The translations under genes and the position numbers were made by a program. Below, piece by piece: positions 18,334 through 27,928 of a DNA stretch of 37,006 nt. The DNA lies in NCBI GenBank assembly GCA_048938855.1, contig JBHLLT010000030.1, positions 1 to 37,006 on the forward strand, given 5' to 3'. The notes under the pieces are model-generated. The model ran no database searches and had not been told where the DNA came from. It saw only the letters and a program-made list of their open reading frames with translations. Position 1 is the stretch's first letter. Every line of letters begins with the position of its first letter. The DNA is from Promethearchaeota archaeon. Its GTDB lineage: Archaea > Asgardarchaeota > Lokiarchaeia > Sigyniarchaeales > SOKP01.

Positions 18334-18930
18334 ATGATGTTAGAACATTATAAATGTAGATTATGCGGTACCTGTTGTCATGAAGTTCCTGGAGATTATG
18401 TAAAAAGAATTCCAATCTACCCCGATGAAGCAGAAAGATTAATTAATGTTGCTAAAGAACGCAATATTGAGTTTAAAATTATTGAGGATTTGGTATTTCC
18501 GGATTTTAAGAATGAAAAGATATTGATTTTAACCTATCGCATAAGATTAGATAATGAAAGTAGGGGATGTCCTTTTTATAATAAGCAAAAAGGATGCATG
18601 GTTCATGATTCTAAACCATTAGCTTGTCAATCATATCCTTTAGCTTTGAAACAGATTGATGCTTTTAATTTTGAGATTTCAATTGATCCTTTATGTAATT
18701 TTGTTATAGAAAACTATAATGAATTAAAAAATCTAGATCTTCCAAAATTGAAGGAAATTTTTAAAGACGAATATCCTAAAGCTGAAAATTTTTATCGAAA
18801 AAATAAGAAGTTAATGCTAAAAATAAGAAAATTGGAGACATTGAAAAAAATAGAAATACCTCGGGAAATTAGTATAGAAAAATTTAATGCCTGCTTGCAA
18901 GATTGGAATCGAGAAGAAATTATCGTTTGA
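18334..18930 (+). CDS. YkgJ-family (CxxCxxCC) cysteine-cluster protein
   Basis: CRLCGTCC, CPF...C.VH..KPLACQSYP. Confidence 0.85.
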   Translation: MMLEHYKCRLCGTCCHEVPGDYVKRIPIYPDEAERLINVAKERNIEFKIIEDLVFPDFKNEKILILTYRIRLDNESRGCPFYNKQKGCMVHDSKPLACQSYPLALKQIDAFNFEISIDPLCNFVIENYNELKNLDLPKLKEIFKDEYPKAENFYRKNKKLMLKIRKLETLKKIEIPREISIEKFNACLQDWNREEIIV

Positions 18931-18946
18931 AAAATCATCCAAAGTC

Positions 18947-19339
18947 TTAGATCTTGAGTTTTAAATTACTTAAAAACTCTTTAAATTCATCATCTTTCAT
19001 AATTATAATTTTATATTTCTTAAAAGCTTCGCTAATAATCTGAGCTATAATATGTTTACAAAATTCACGCTTTTGTTTAATCACAACATTTTTATAAAAA
19101 TCTTGGCAGGAACAATATAATTTAGGATATATCATGTGCTCTTGATTTTCTCCTTTAGCTGCCCAAACGATTCTATTTGAAGGTTTATAAATATATTTTA
19201 TTATTCCTCTCTTTAAAACCTCAAGTACGTTTGTAGATTTATCGGGAAAAATAGTCTCTAAATAGGTGATGAATTCTTCATCAATTACCTGTTTTCTCTT
19301 AGCTATTCTAAAAACTTGAAACAATAAATCTTTTGACAT
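18947..19339 (-). CDS. SWIM zinc-finger protein
   Basis: YCSCQDF...CKHIIA. Confidence 0.8.
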   Translation of the reverse strand: MSKDLLFQVFRIAKRKQVIDEEFITYLETIFPDKSTNVLEVLKRGIIKYIYKPSNRIVWAAKGENQEHMIYPKLYCSCQDFYKNVVIKQKREFCKHIIAQIISEAFKKYKIIIMKDDEFKEFLSNLKLKI

Positions 19340-19387
19340 CTTATAAAATATTATTACGATTTATAATTAAAAAGGATCAGTAACTCA

Positions 19388-20689
19388 TTGAATCATATTT
19401 TATATCTTCCAACAAGATTCTTTCCTTCAATATCTGGTGCTGAATTCTATTTTCAACGGATGGCAGAGATTTTAACAACAAAATATAATTATAATATAGA
19501 CATCCTCACATCAAATGCTATAGATTTTAAAGCTTTAAGAAATTTTGAGGGTAGAACAATAAAACGCAATGATAAATATTTCAATCGAGTAAATAATTTA
19601 TCAATAAATAGATTTACCGTAAATTATAATTTATCCGTACAAAAAATTCTAAATAAGCTAAATAATATTCCTGCGTATCGAAAATTAAATTTAAATGATA
19701 GATCTCTTGAATTATTTATAAAAAATGGCCCTTATTTAAATGAATTACTAGAATTTTTGTTAAATAAACCAGATTTGCAATATGAATTAGTGCATTCAAC
19801 CTTTTTCCCATATTTCAATTGTATTATCAGTTTAATTTTTGGAACTTCTATTAATATACCAAAAATTTGCACCCCTTTTTTCCATTTTTCCAATCCTAGG
19901 TATTCAGATCCCAAATTAATAGATGTTTTAAAAAAATTTGATTTGTTAATTGCCTGTACAAATCTCGAGAAGAATTATCTAACTAAAAAATGTTCAATCT
20001 CAGAAGATAAAATCAAAGTCATCCCCATGGGCGTAGATTATTCAAAATTTAAAACTAATCAAAATTCGACCTTGTCTCATTATTCCTTTAAAGAAAATTT
20101 CTTTAATAAAAAAGAAAAACGGTATAAATTAATTTTGTTTTGTGGATATAAAAATTATGAAAAGGGAGCTCTTTCAATTCTAAGATCAATACCTTACATT
20201 CTCAAAAAAATAAAGAAAGTCTATTTTGTATTTATTGGACCCTCAACATTTGCATTTAATAAAGAATTATCAAAAATATCTAAACTTGAAAATGCAAGAA
20301 TAATCAATTTTACTCCTGAAAATTTAACTGGATATTATGATAAGAAAAAAATAGCTGCGTTTAAAGAAGCAGATCTTTATTTAATGCCTAGTCGAAGCGA
20401 CGCATTTGGAATATCTTTTCTGGAGGCATGGTCAGCAGGAAAACCGGTCATAGGTGCGAAAATTGGAGCAACTCCTGAGGTTATTAGGGAAAACATAGAT
20501 GGATTATTAGTTGAATTTGATGATCCTAAGGATATTGCCCAAAAAGTTATTAATCTACTAAAAAATAAAGAATTAAGAACAAAGTATGGTTTAGCAGGAA
20601 AAACAAAAGTATACCAAAAATTCACATGGGAAATCGTTGCTAAAATGACCCACAATACATATCAAAATATAATAAAAAATAATAACTGA
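19388..20689 (+). CDS. GT4 family glycosyltransferase
   Basis: FFPSISGAE, VIPMGVD, EKG, MPSRSDAFGISFLEAW..GKPVI, DGLLV. Confidence 0.9.
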   Translation: MNHILYLPTRFFPSISGAEFYFQRMAEILTTKYNYNIDILTSNAIDFKALRNFEGRTIKRNDKYFNRVNNLSINRFTVNYNLSVQKILNKLNNIPAYRKLNLNDRSLELFIKNGPYLNELLEFLLNKPDLQYELVHSTFFPYFNCIISLIFGTSINIPKICTPFFHFSNPRYSDPKLIDVLKKFDLLIACTNLEKNYLTKKCSISEDKIKVIPMGVDYSKFKTNQNSTLSHYSFKENFFNKKEKRYKLILFCGYKNYEKGALSILRSIPYILKKIKKVYFVFIGPSTFAFNKELSKISKLENARIINFTPENLTGYYDKKKIAAFKEADLYLMPSRSDAFGISFLEAWSAGKPVIGAKIGATPEVIRENIDGLLVEFDDPKDIAQKVINLLKNKELRTKYGLAGKTKVYQKFTWEIVAKMTHNTYQNIIKNNN

Positions 20690-20696
20690 TTTCAAT

Positions 20697-21917
20697 ATGA
20701 AAAATATTTCAGGTAATTCTTTTATAATAAAAAAAGAGGGTAAAATTTATCTTGATAATTTACAATTGAATGAAATTGTTAAAAGATTTAAAACACCATT
20801 ACTGATATTCTTGGAAAATAGAATTAGGGAGAATATAAGAACTTTTAAAGAGGTTTTCAATTTAGAATTTGGTAATTTCCAATGTTATTATTCATTCAAA
20901 GCTAATTACCTTTATGATTTATGTAAAATTGTTCTTTCTGAGGGAGTTGGGGCAGAAGTTATAGGGTTACCTGAATTAAAGTTAGCATTAAAACTTGGTT
21001 TTCCTTCTAATAAAATATTAGTAGGTGGACCATATTTATCTAAAGAGCTGATTGCATTAAGTATTAAACATAAAATTAAAGAGTTTATAATTTATGACTT
21101 AAAAGATCTAAAAAAAGTCAATTCTGTTGCTCAGAAATATAACTATATACAAGATATATGTATTCGAATAAATTCACAGAAATACAATAGTAAATTAGGA
21201 GTAACATTAGATAAAAGAAAAATCAATGAATTTCTTGAGGTCTATGAGAATTATCAAAATATCCGTATTACAACTCTCTTATCACATTATAGCACTCAAA
21301 TGAATAATATCACCCAGTTCAAACAAAATATTTCTTCAGTTGCTCATAATATGAAACTCTTCTCAGATCACGGAATAATTGTTGATAATATTAATCTTGG
21401 AGGAGGTTTTCCAGAAGCAACCATAATGCCTCAAAATCAATTAAAAATTATTGCTAAAGAAATAAAAGCTACTTTAAAAAGTTTAAAAGTTAATTATAAA
21501 AATATCTATTTTGAGCCGGGAAGATATTTTATGGGAGATGCTGGTTTGTTTATCTCAAAAATAGTAAGAGTTGGAGATAATAGATGGATTTTTTTAAATA
21601 TCGGAAACCATATTTGCCCAAAGTTTGCACGTTGTTCTTTAAGATTTTATAATGCTTCACAAATTGATGAACCACATAAATACAAAACCTCTATTGCTGG
21701 TATAATTCCAACAGATCAAGATATATTAGCAAAAAACTATTTTTTCACAGAAAAATTACAAAAAGGAGATAATATTCTTGTTACTAATACTGGTGCATAT
21801 TGTTTAACATTTTCAAATAGATTTCCTTACTTATTGCCAAAAATCATTCTTATTAATCATAACAGTTTAAAAGAAATCTTTAATCCTGAAATTGATGGAG
21901 ATTTCTCATTAAATTGA
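20697..21917 (+). CDS. PLP-dependent fold-III decarboxylase (diaminopimelate decarboxylase-like, divergent)
   Basis: YSFKAN, SKLG, INLGGGF, FEPGRY, NTGAY; but HYSTQ replaces HIGSQ and GIIPTDQD lacks the usual Cys. Confidence 0.75.
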   Translation: MKNISGNSFIIKKEGKIYLDNLQLNEIVKRFKTPLLIFLENRIRENIRTFKEVFNLEFGNFQCYYSFKANYLYDLCKIVLSEGVGAEVIGLPELKLALKLGFPSNKILVGGPYLSKELIALSIKHKIKEFIIYDLKDLKKVNSVAQKYNYIQDICIRINSQKYNSKLGVTLDKRKINEFLEVYENYQNIRITTLLSHYSTQMNNITQFKQNISSVAHNMKLFSDHGIIVDNINLGGGFPEATIMPQNQLKIIAKEIKATLKSLKVNYKNIYFEPGRYFMGDAGLFISKIVRVGDNRWIFLNIGNHICPKFARCSLRFYNASQIDEPHKYKTSIAGIIPTDQDILAKNYFFTEKLQKGDNILVTNTGAYCLTFSNRFPYLLPKIILINHNSLKEIFNPEIDGDFSLN

Positions 21918-22027
21918 AAATGAATTGTATATTGTGACAAAACGCTAATGTAATATTCTGATATTACATTAATTCTAATTTTTTTGTTTCAATTCTTTGT
22001 ACAAATTAAATTAAAATTAGATTAATT

Positions 22028-23137
22028 ATGGAATCATTTATAAAGAACGCGCGTAAAAGAGAAATAATTCATCCTCAGAGTGATAGTTTTGGTTATGCTA
22101 ATATTAAAATTATCGGTTGTGGTGGCGCTGGAAATAATACCATTAACAGATTAATGAAAATAGGAATTAGAGGCGCAAAATGTATTGCTATAAACACAGA
22201 TTGCCAACATTTAGATAGTGTCGAAGCTCACATTAAAATATTAATTGGAAGAAATTTAACTAAAGGTCTTGGAGCAGGGGGAAATCCTGAGATTGGTAGA
22301 GCCGCGGCTGAGGAAACTCGAGAAGAGTTAACCAAAACTTTAAGAGATTCAAACTTAGTGTTTATTACATGTGGTGAAGGAGGCGGAACAGGTACAGGAA
22401 GTGCTCCAATAATCGCTGAAATTGCAAAACTAGAAGGGGCCATTGTAGTAGGAGTGGTAACACTTCCTTTTAACACTGAAATTGGAAGAATTGATAAAGC
22501 TAAGACAGGGTTAAATCTATTAAAACGATATGTTGATACTTTAGTTGTAATTGATAACAATAGGTTGCTTGAAATCGCTCCAAATTTACCCATAATCGAA
22601 GCGTTTAGTGTAGCTGACGAAGTTTTAGCCACTATGGTAAAAGGAATCACTGAAACGATTTCATTACCCTCCCTAATTAATTTAGATTTCGCTGATGTTA
22701 GAACAATTTTAAGCACTGGAGGAGTTGCAATTGTTGGCGTTGGGGAATCGAGTGGTAAAGAAAATAGAGTTGTAGAGGCGATTGATGATGCGCTTAATAC
22801 TCCATTATTAGATGTGAGTATTGATGGTGCTAAAGGAGCATTAATTCATATTTGTGGAGGAAATGATATGACACTTGCAGAAGCAAATTCAGTAGCTAAA
22901 GCAATTTCAGAAAAAATGGATGTAAATGATTCGATGGTTATTTGGGGTGCTCGGGTATCAGATGAGTTCGATGGCCTTTTACGAGTTATGCTTTTAATAA
23001 CAGGTATTAAATCTCCTCAAATTTTTGGTAGTGGTTATTCCTTTAATAAATCCATCTATAGTTCCAATATGAAAAAGAATTCAAAAATTGGCTTATCAGA
23101 TGATATTTTTAATATAGGCGAAATTGCTTTTGATTAA
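22028..23137 (+). CDS. ftsZ: Cell division GTPase FtsZ
   Basis: GCGGAGNN, GLGAGGNP, GGGTGTG, IDNNRL, NLDFADV, VIWGA. Confidence 0.97.
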   Translation: MESFIKNARKREIIHPQSDSFGYANIKIIGCGGAGNNTINRLMKIGIRGAKCIAINTDCQHLDSVEAHIKILIGRNLTKGLGAGGNPEIGRAAAEETREELTKTLRDSNLVFITCGEGGGTGTGSAPIIAEIAKLEGAIVVGVVTLPFNTEIGRIDKAKTGLNLLKRYVDTLVVIDNNRLLEIAPNLPIIEAFSVADEVLATMVKGITETISLPSLINLDFADVRTILSTGGVAIVGVGESSGKENRVVEAIDDALNTPLLDVSIDGAKGALIHICGGNDMTLAEANSVAKAISEKMDVNDSMVIWGARVSDEFDGLLRVMLLITGIKSPQIFGSGYSFNKSIYSSNMKKNSKIGLSDDIFNIGEIAFD

Positions 23138-23552
23138 GGCAATTTTTCATCTCCTTTTTATAATCCTATGTAAACATTTTTACATGGCCGATAAGTTTTC
23201 TCATGAAACTCAAGCAGAAATAAATAAAATTATGAAAAAAATTCGGAGATGGGAAAATTTCTTTGAATTTCAAACAGATTTTTATTTTAATGGCTGGTCT
23301 ATCTCTTTAAGAGAGCAAAATCTTTATCCTCGTTATATAATAATTTTCAAATCCTATGATACTGGTCTATATTCCATTAAAAGTTTTGAAATACATCTAA
23401 AAAATTATCAGAAAGAAGTTTACAAAGAAATATATTCAAATAATCACATAGAAGATACAAATATGATGTTGGAGGAATTAAAAGATATTATATATGGTAA
23501 GGATCTATTTGAAGAAGCATCAAAAATTTATAAGAATGCTTTTATAAATTAA
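23124..23552 (+). CDS. Hypothetical protein (true start may be ATG 23184)
   Basis: ORF between ftsZ and the convergent dim2; no recognised motif. Confidence 0.55.
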   Translation: MLLIKAIFHLLFIILCKHFYMADKFSHETQAEINKIMKKIRRWENFFEFQTDFYFNGWSISLREQNLYPRYIIIFKSYDTGLYSIKSFEIHLKNYQKEVYKEIYSNNHIEDTNMMLEELKDIIYGKDLFEEASKIYKNAFIN

Positions 23553-23555
23553 TAT

Positions 23556-24113
23556 TTAAAATTCAGGCTTATACATTTGCCTAAATTGCTCTTTTTTACT
23601 TTCACTGAATTTATCTTCCAAAAATTTTAAAACTACATGATGTGGCATTCCATTTATCAACATACTTACTGCTTTTCTGGCAATTTGTAAATTATCATAA
23701 TCAGCAATGATTGAAACTGTTTTGCCATAGACAGAGATAAAACTTTCAGCGTACTTTTCAATTGCCTTCCGCATCTCTCCATTTCTGCCAATTATTCGTC
23801 CTTTAATGCGTTTAATTCTTTTATCCGATTTTCCAACAATTTGCATTAGATTAAATACTTCTAAGTCATATATTTCCTCTAAAAGTTTCATAGCTTTTAT
23901 TGGATTAAAACCTCGATTAATTGCATTAGCTATCTTTTGTGCTGTGAAAACATTTAGGGGGACATAATTTGGATCTTCTGGATTAGACAGTATCTCACAA
24001 TTTCCTGTTGTACTATCTAAATTTATTCTAACCCCTAACTTCTTTTCAATCTCTTTCTTTATCTCTCCATCTTTTCCAATTAAGACAGCTATGCGATTTT
24101 TCCCAATTTTCAT
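23556..24113 (-). CDS. KH-domain pre-rRNA processing protein (Dim2/Pno1)
   Basis: RIAVLIGKDG, AINRGF, RIKGRIIGRNG, VYGKTVSII, G.PH..V. Confidence 0.92.
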   Translation of the reverse strand: MKIGKNRIAVLIGKDGEIKKEIEKKLGVRINLDSTTGNCEILSNPEDPNYVPLNVFTAQKIANAINRGFNPIKAMKLLEEIYDLEVFNLMQIVGKSDKRIKRIKGRIIGRNGEMRKAIEKYAESFISVYGKTVSIIADYDNLQIARKAVSMLINGMPHHVVLKFLEDKFSESKKEQFRQMYKPEF

Positions 24114-24133
24114 TTTAATTTTTTAACTATTGC

Positions 24134-24982
24134 TTATTTATCAATATTAATAACGCCATAATAAAAATCTTTAGGATCTGGTGTGTCTAATCCTAATTTT
24201 TCAAAATATTTAAAAATATTTTTTATATCTCTCACTAAAAAAACTTCTGCTTTTGGATGGTGTATTGATACGGCTTGAGAGATATCAATTACGATCGGTT
24301 TTTGATTGTGATATAAAATGTTAAATTCACTAAGATCCCCGTGGACCAATTCTGCTTTCTGATACAAATCTTTTATAAATGTCAATAATTCATCCATAAG
24401 ATTAATGATGTCTCTGGGATTCACTATATCCTTTAAGAGTGGAGCGGGAATGGATCCAAATCCAATATATTCCATGATTAAAATATTATTTTTAATAAAT
24501 AATGGTTTTGGGACGCTTAAACCAACTTTATACGCCCTTTTAAGATTTTTATATTCTTTACTTGCCCATAAAAAAATAATTTTTGAAACATTTTTGGGAA
24601 TTTTCTTAAATCTAGGATCTCCGATGATATAATTTCTCATCCATTTTGATGTATTACTATCAATTTTATATATTTTAATCGCCACTTCCTTTCCGGATAA
24701 ATCATATCCTAGATAAATATTAGCTTCCTTTCCAGCCGAAATGACACCTTCAACCTTGCCTAATGGACCATTCACTAATAATTTATTTAATAAAAAAGTA
24801 GTACGTTCATCAAAAACAGATTCTATAGCTGCTCTTTTTTTTGATTGATCAGTTGTCTTTATTCTTTTATTATCAAGTTTTTTTTTCTGTAGCTCATCTA
24901 TATTTGTATCGAAGTCTTTCTGAGACTTATCATCCAATATCTCATCAAAATCTTCTTCAATATCTTTATTGTCTTCCTCCAA
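24134..24982 (-). CDS. rio1: RIO1 family kinase/ATPase
   Basis: ISAGKEANIY, AIKIY, YIIGDPRF, W..KEYKNL, LVHGDLSEFNIL, IDISQAV. Confidence 0.94.
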   Translation of the reverse strand: MEEDNKDIEEDFDEILDDKSQKDFDTNIDELQKKKLDNKRIKTTDQSKKRAAIESVFDERTTFLLNKLLVNGPLGKVEGVISAGKEANIYLGYDLSGKEVAIKIYKIDSNTSKWMRNYIIGDPRFKKIPKNVSKIIFLWASKEYKNLKRAYKVGLSVPKPLFIKNNILIMEYIGFGSIPAPLLKDIVNPRDIINLMDELLTFIKDLYQKAELVHGDLSEFNILYHNQKPIVIDISQAVSIHHPKAEVFLVRDIKNIFKYFEKLGLDTPDPKDFYYGVINIDK

Positions 24983-24993
24983 TTCTCTGTCCT

Positions 24994-25908
24994 CTAGGCA
25001 TTATTTTTAGTAAATTTTTCGTTGAAGAAATAAGAATAATCTTTTATGAACTTAGTATTATTCTCATCCCGGATAATAACTTTATTTTTCATAATATTTT
25101 CAACTCTAAAAAGATGACCCTCAATTGATAATTCATCATTAATATTCACTGGTAATAATTTTATTAGAGATTTAAACCGATAAAGATTTTTACCTCTCTG
25201 ATTATCTCTCCCCACTAATTTTTTAGTCCTCTTGAATAAAAAGTGATACTTTGATCTTAGAAATTTAATTAATTGATTCATTAATTCATTTGTGCTAAGG
25301 TATAAATCTACCCCGTATTTTTGATCCTCAATTTTAGAAATATATTGTTTAGGATCGTTTTTGAAAAGATTCTCAGCATATTCATTAACTTCATCTATAA
25401 TGTTCTTTATCAAACCGAACTGTTCCTCATCCTTAACTCTTAACTGAATAATTGAAAGGTAATAAGTTCCACCTCTTAAATTAGAACAATTCTTACATAA
25501 CAGATAGTTTATATTTACTTTTATTGTCTGAGAGTGTTGGATATTACGATCCTCAGATAAAAATCCCTTTATTAACACTTCAAGTGAAGTTAATAAATCT
25601 TTTGATGAATAAATAAAACTATCTTCATCATAGAGAAATGAAAACTCAAGATTACGTCTTTTTAAGAGAGGATTTAACACATGCTTTTGAATAGCTTGTT
25701 CTAGAATAGAAAAAATTTCATTTCTCTCAGGTTTAATCCACATATCTTTCTTAGAAAAACTCCCGCAATCTATGCAGACGTTCAGTGAGAATTTATCTGG
25801 CAATTCAAATAGAGTATTTTCCTTTAAATAACACTTAAGACACATACCAAAATGAGGATCAGTCTTGTCTATAATTTTTCCACAAATTGCACAGAATCGG
25901 TTAGGCAT
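24994..25908 (-). CDS. nmd3: NMD3 family large-subunit biogenesis factor
   Basis: FCAICG...MCLKC, CIDCG, LCKNC....GTYYLSIIQLR, GVDLY, KKLVG.D. Confidence 0.9.
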   Translation of the reverse strand: MPNRFCAICGKIIDKTDPHFGMCLKCYLKENTLFELPDKFSLNVCIDCGSFSKKDMWIKPERNEIFSILEQAIQKHVLNPLLKRRNLEFSFLYDEDSFIYSSKDLLTSLEVLIKGFLSEDRNIQHSQTIKVNINYLLCKNCSNLRGGTYYLSIIQLRVKDEEQFGLIKNIIDEVNEYAENLFKNDPKQYISKIEDQKYGVDLYLSTNELMNQLIKFLRSKYHFLFKRTKKLVGRDNQRGKNLYRFKSLIKLLPVNINDELSIEGHLFRVENIMKNKVIIRDENNTKFIKDYSYFFNEKFTKNNA

Positions 25909-26213
25909 TAAAACATCATCTTTAAAGCCATGGGAACACCATTTATAGATCTTACACCTTCTAATGAGATAAGCTTACAATCTATTGCTTTATTGATTAT
26001 TCTTTCTCCCACGATGTTGAAACATGTAGCTTCTTTTAATATTAAAATCGCATCTTCAAGATCTATCAGTTTTCCTCCAAAGAATTGATTTGAAATTTCT
26101 ATTTTTAGATTTCCCTCTTTATAAATTTGATTAAGGAGCTCTTCATCACAGCAAGCAATTGTTTCCATATCATGCTTAATATGAACTTTTAAGTATACTC
26201 TCATCAATTTCAA
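25908..26213 (-). CDS. DUF424 family protein
   Basis: IACCDEELL, FFGG, NIVG...I..A, INGVP.A. Confidence 0.85.
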   Translation of the reverse strand: MKLMRVYLKVHIKHDMETIACCDEELLNQIYKEGNLKIEISNQFFGGKLIDLEDAILILKEATCFNIVGERIINKAIDCKLISLEGVRSINGVPMALKMMF

Positions 26214-26228
26214 ATCTTTTGCTTAAAT

Positions 26229-26642
26229 TTATTTTTCTTTAATTTCTTCTCTTGCTCCACACGCTGTACATTTTAAATAGAGTTTTTTAGCCTCTCTTTG
26301 AAATTGAGTATCAGGTTTATTACAAATTTTACATAGAACGTAGGTTTTCGTATAATTTTCAATCAGTCGATTTAATACCTGTTCTTTATATTGTCCTTTC
26401 AAGAATAATTGTTGACCTCTAATCTCTCCCATAGTTCCTGCCTTTTTTAGAAAAATCCCAATAAAATGTTTCCTTTCTCTATTAAGAGTGCTAATAATTT
26501 TATTAAAATTAGTTATAAATGTATTTCTGCTTTCAATTCGAATTTCGACCTTAGGTATTTCAAATCTTGAAGATTTTTTTACATTATCAGGAATCTTTTC
26601 ATAAGCTTTATCCAATAATTCTTCGTAATTATTTAAGTCCAT
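26229..26642 (-). CDS. Translation initiation factor aIF2 beta
   Basis: YEELLDKAY, RFEIP, T.ITNF, YVLCKICNKPDT, LKCTACGA. Confidence 0.95.
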   Translation of the reverse strand: MDLNNYEELLDKAYEKIPDNVKKSSRFEIPKVEIRIESRNTFITNFNKIISTLNRERKHFIGIFLKKAGTMGEIRGQQLFLKGQYKEQVLNRLIENYTKTYVLCKICNKPDTQFQREAKKLYLKCTACGAREEIKEK

Positions 26643-26740
26643 AATTATATTCCCTATTTAATTAATTTATAAAAATGAAATCAACCATAAGAAAAATAGT
26701 TTACTCTTATTATAGAAAATATTTGAAATAATAGAGGTTA

Positions 26741-27478
26741 TTAAAATGCTTCAAAATTATCATTATCAGATTTATAAATACGGGACTCCAAAATTAAATC
26801 ATTTAGAAAGGTTCTTAGATCATTATCGGAGATTTTAATTTCTCGCTTCAACCGTTCAAAATTAATTCCTTTTCCTTCTGCAGATGTTTGTTCAATAAGT
26901 GAAAAAATTTTTTCTTTTGTCTCATTCTGCTCAGAAAAATTTGTTTCATTTTCAAATAGAGTTGTTACATCAATTTCGTCTGAAAATTCTTCAAAATTGT
27001 CTGCTAGTTCTGGAATATCTTGGATTTCTCCACTTTTAATCCTTTTTATTATTTCAGCATCCCGTAATAAGACAAGATTTGGCTCTTTCACTTTTCTCAT
27101 CGACTCAATCCACAACGATACAAAATCATTATATTTACTCACACGCCCCATAACATCTACGATATTACCTTTTGTAAATTTATTATATTTTTCTGGATCT
27201 ATATTTCTAATAATTGCTCTTATTCTTCCCGTACCATCATCTAAATCAAAATCTATTCTTAGATTTGAATCTAATTCATCATTAAATCCCATATCTTGTT
27301 CAGTTGTTTCAATTAATTGTTCTTTTTTATCAATAATAGTCGCAATAATTCGAATGCGTTTAACATGCCCAAATATAGTGTAAAAAAACTTTTCATTTTG
27401 GTTATATTGTCCTTCTAAAACGTGCTTAATCCAACAGTGTATTGCTGGCGCTCTCTTAAAACTCATTCTTCCATTCAA
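26741..27478 (-). CDS. RPA32/RPA2-like OB-fold protein with a C-terminal winged helix
   Basis: RIRIIATI, LDDGTGRIRA, VDVMGRV; acidic linker; C-terminal helix-turn-helix ending L..ESRIY. Confidence 0.8.
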   Translation of the reverse strand: MNGRMSFKRAPAIHCWIKHVLEGQYNQNEKFFYTIFGHVKRIRIIATIIDKKEQLIETTEQDMGFNDELDSNLRIDFDLDDGTGRIRAIIRNIDPEKYNKFTKGNIVDVMGRVSKYNDFVSLWIESMRKVKEPNLVLLRDAEIIKRIKSGEIQDIPELADNFEEFSDEIDVTTLFENETNFSEQNETKEKIFSLIEQTSAEGKGINFERLKREIKISDNDLRTFLNDLILESRIYKSDNDNFEAF

Positions 27479-27623
27479 CTCAAACCTTTCTCATAATTTA
27501 ATATTTTAAAATTAAATCTTTTTTAATTTAGAACTAATTATTAAACTAAGAATAATAGGAGATTTTTTCTTAAAATTTTTACAGTTCATAATTCTTCTTT
27601 AGAAGATAATAAGATAAACAAAA

Positions 27624-27734
27624 TGGTAGCGGGGGTTCGATTTGAACGAACGATCTCAGGGTTTCTCAAAGAGATGGACATAAGTGTTATGCCTTATGAG
27701 CCCTGCGGCATAAACCAGGCTAGCCCACCCCGCT
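27624..27734 (-). tRNA. trnM: Initiator tRNA-Met(CAT) with a 32-nt intron at 37/38 (27663-27694) and encoded CCA
   Basis: A1:U72 acceptor AGCGGGG/CCCCGCT, three consecutive G:C pairs in the anticodon stem (CAGGG/CCCTG), BHB helix CTCA/TGAG with bulges TA^A and AA^A. Confidence 0.92.
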
Positions 27735-27928
27735 ATTAAACTATTTAAAGGTGTAATTCCTATGAGATATATACTTTTTATATATATAAGATTATAAACT
27801 AATAATTTAATCTTTTTCTATTTTATATAGCATATATCCTTCTAGTGCTAAAAACTTTTGATATAACCAATAACTTTAACTTCTTATATTAATTTGATAT
27901 TAAAAAGATAAAGCTTTATTGGAACCTT

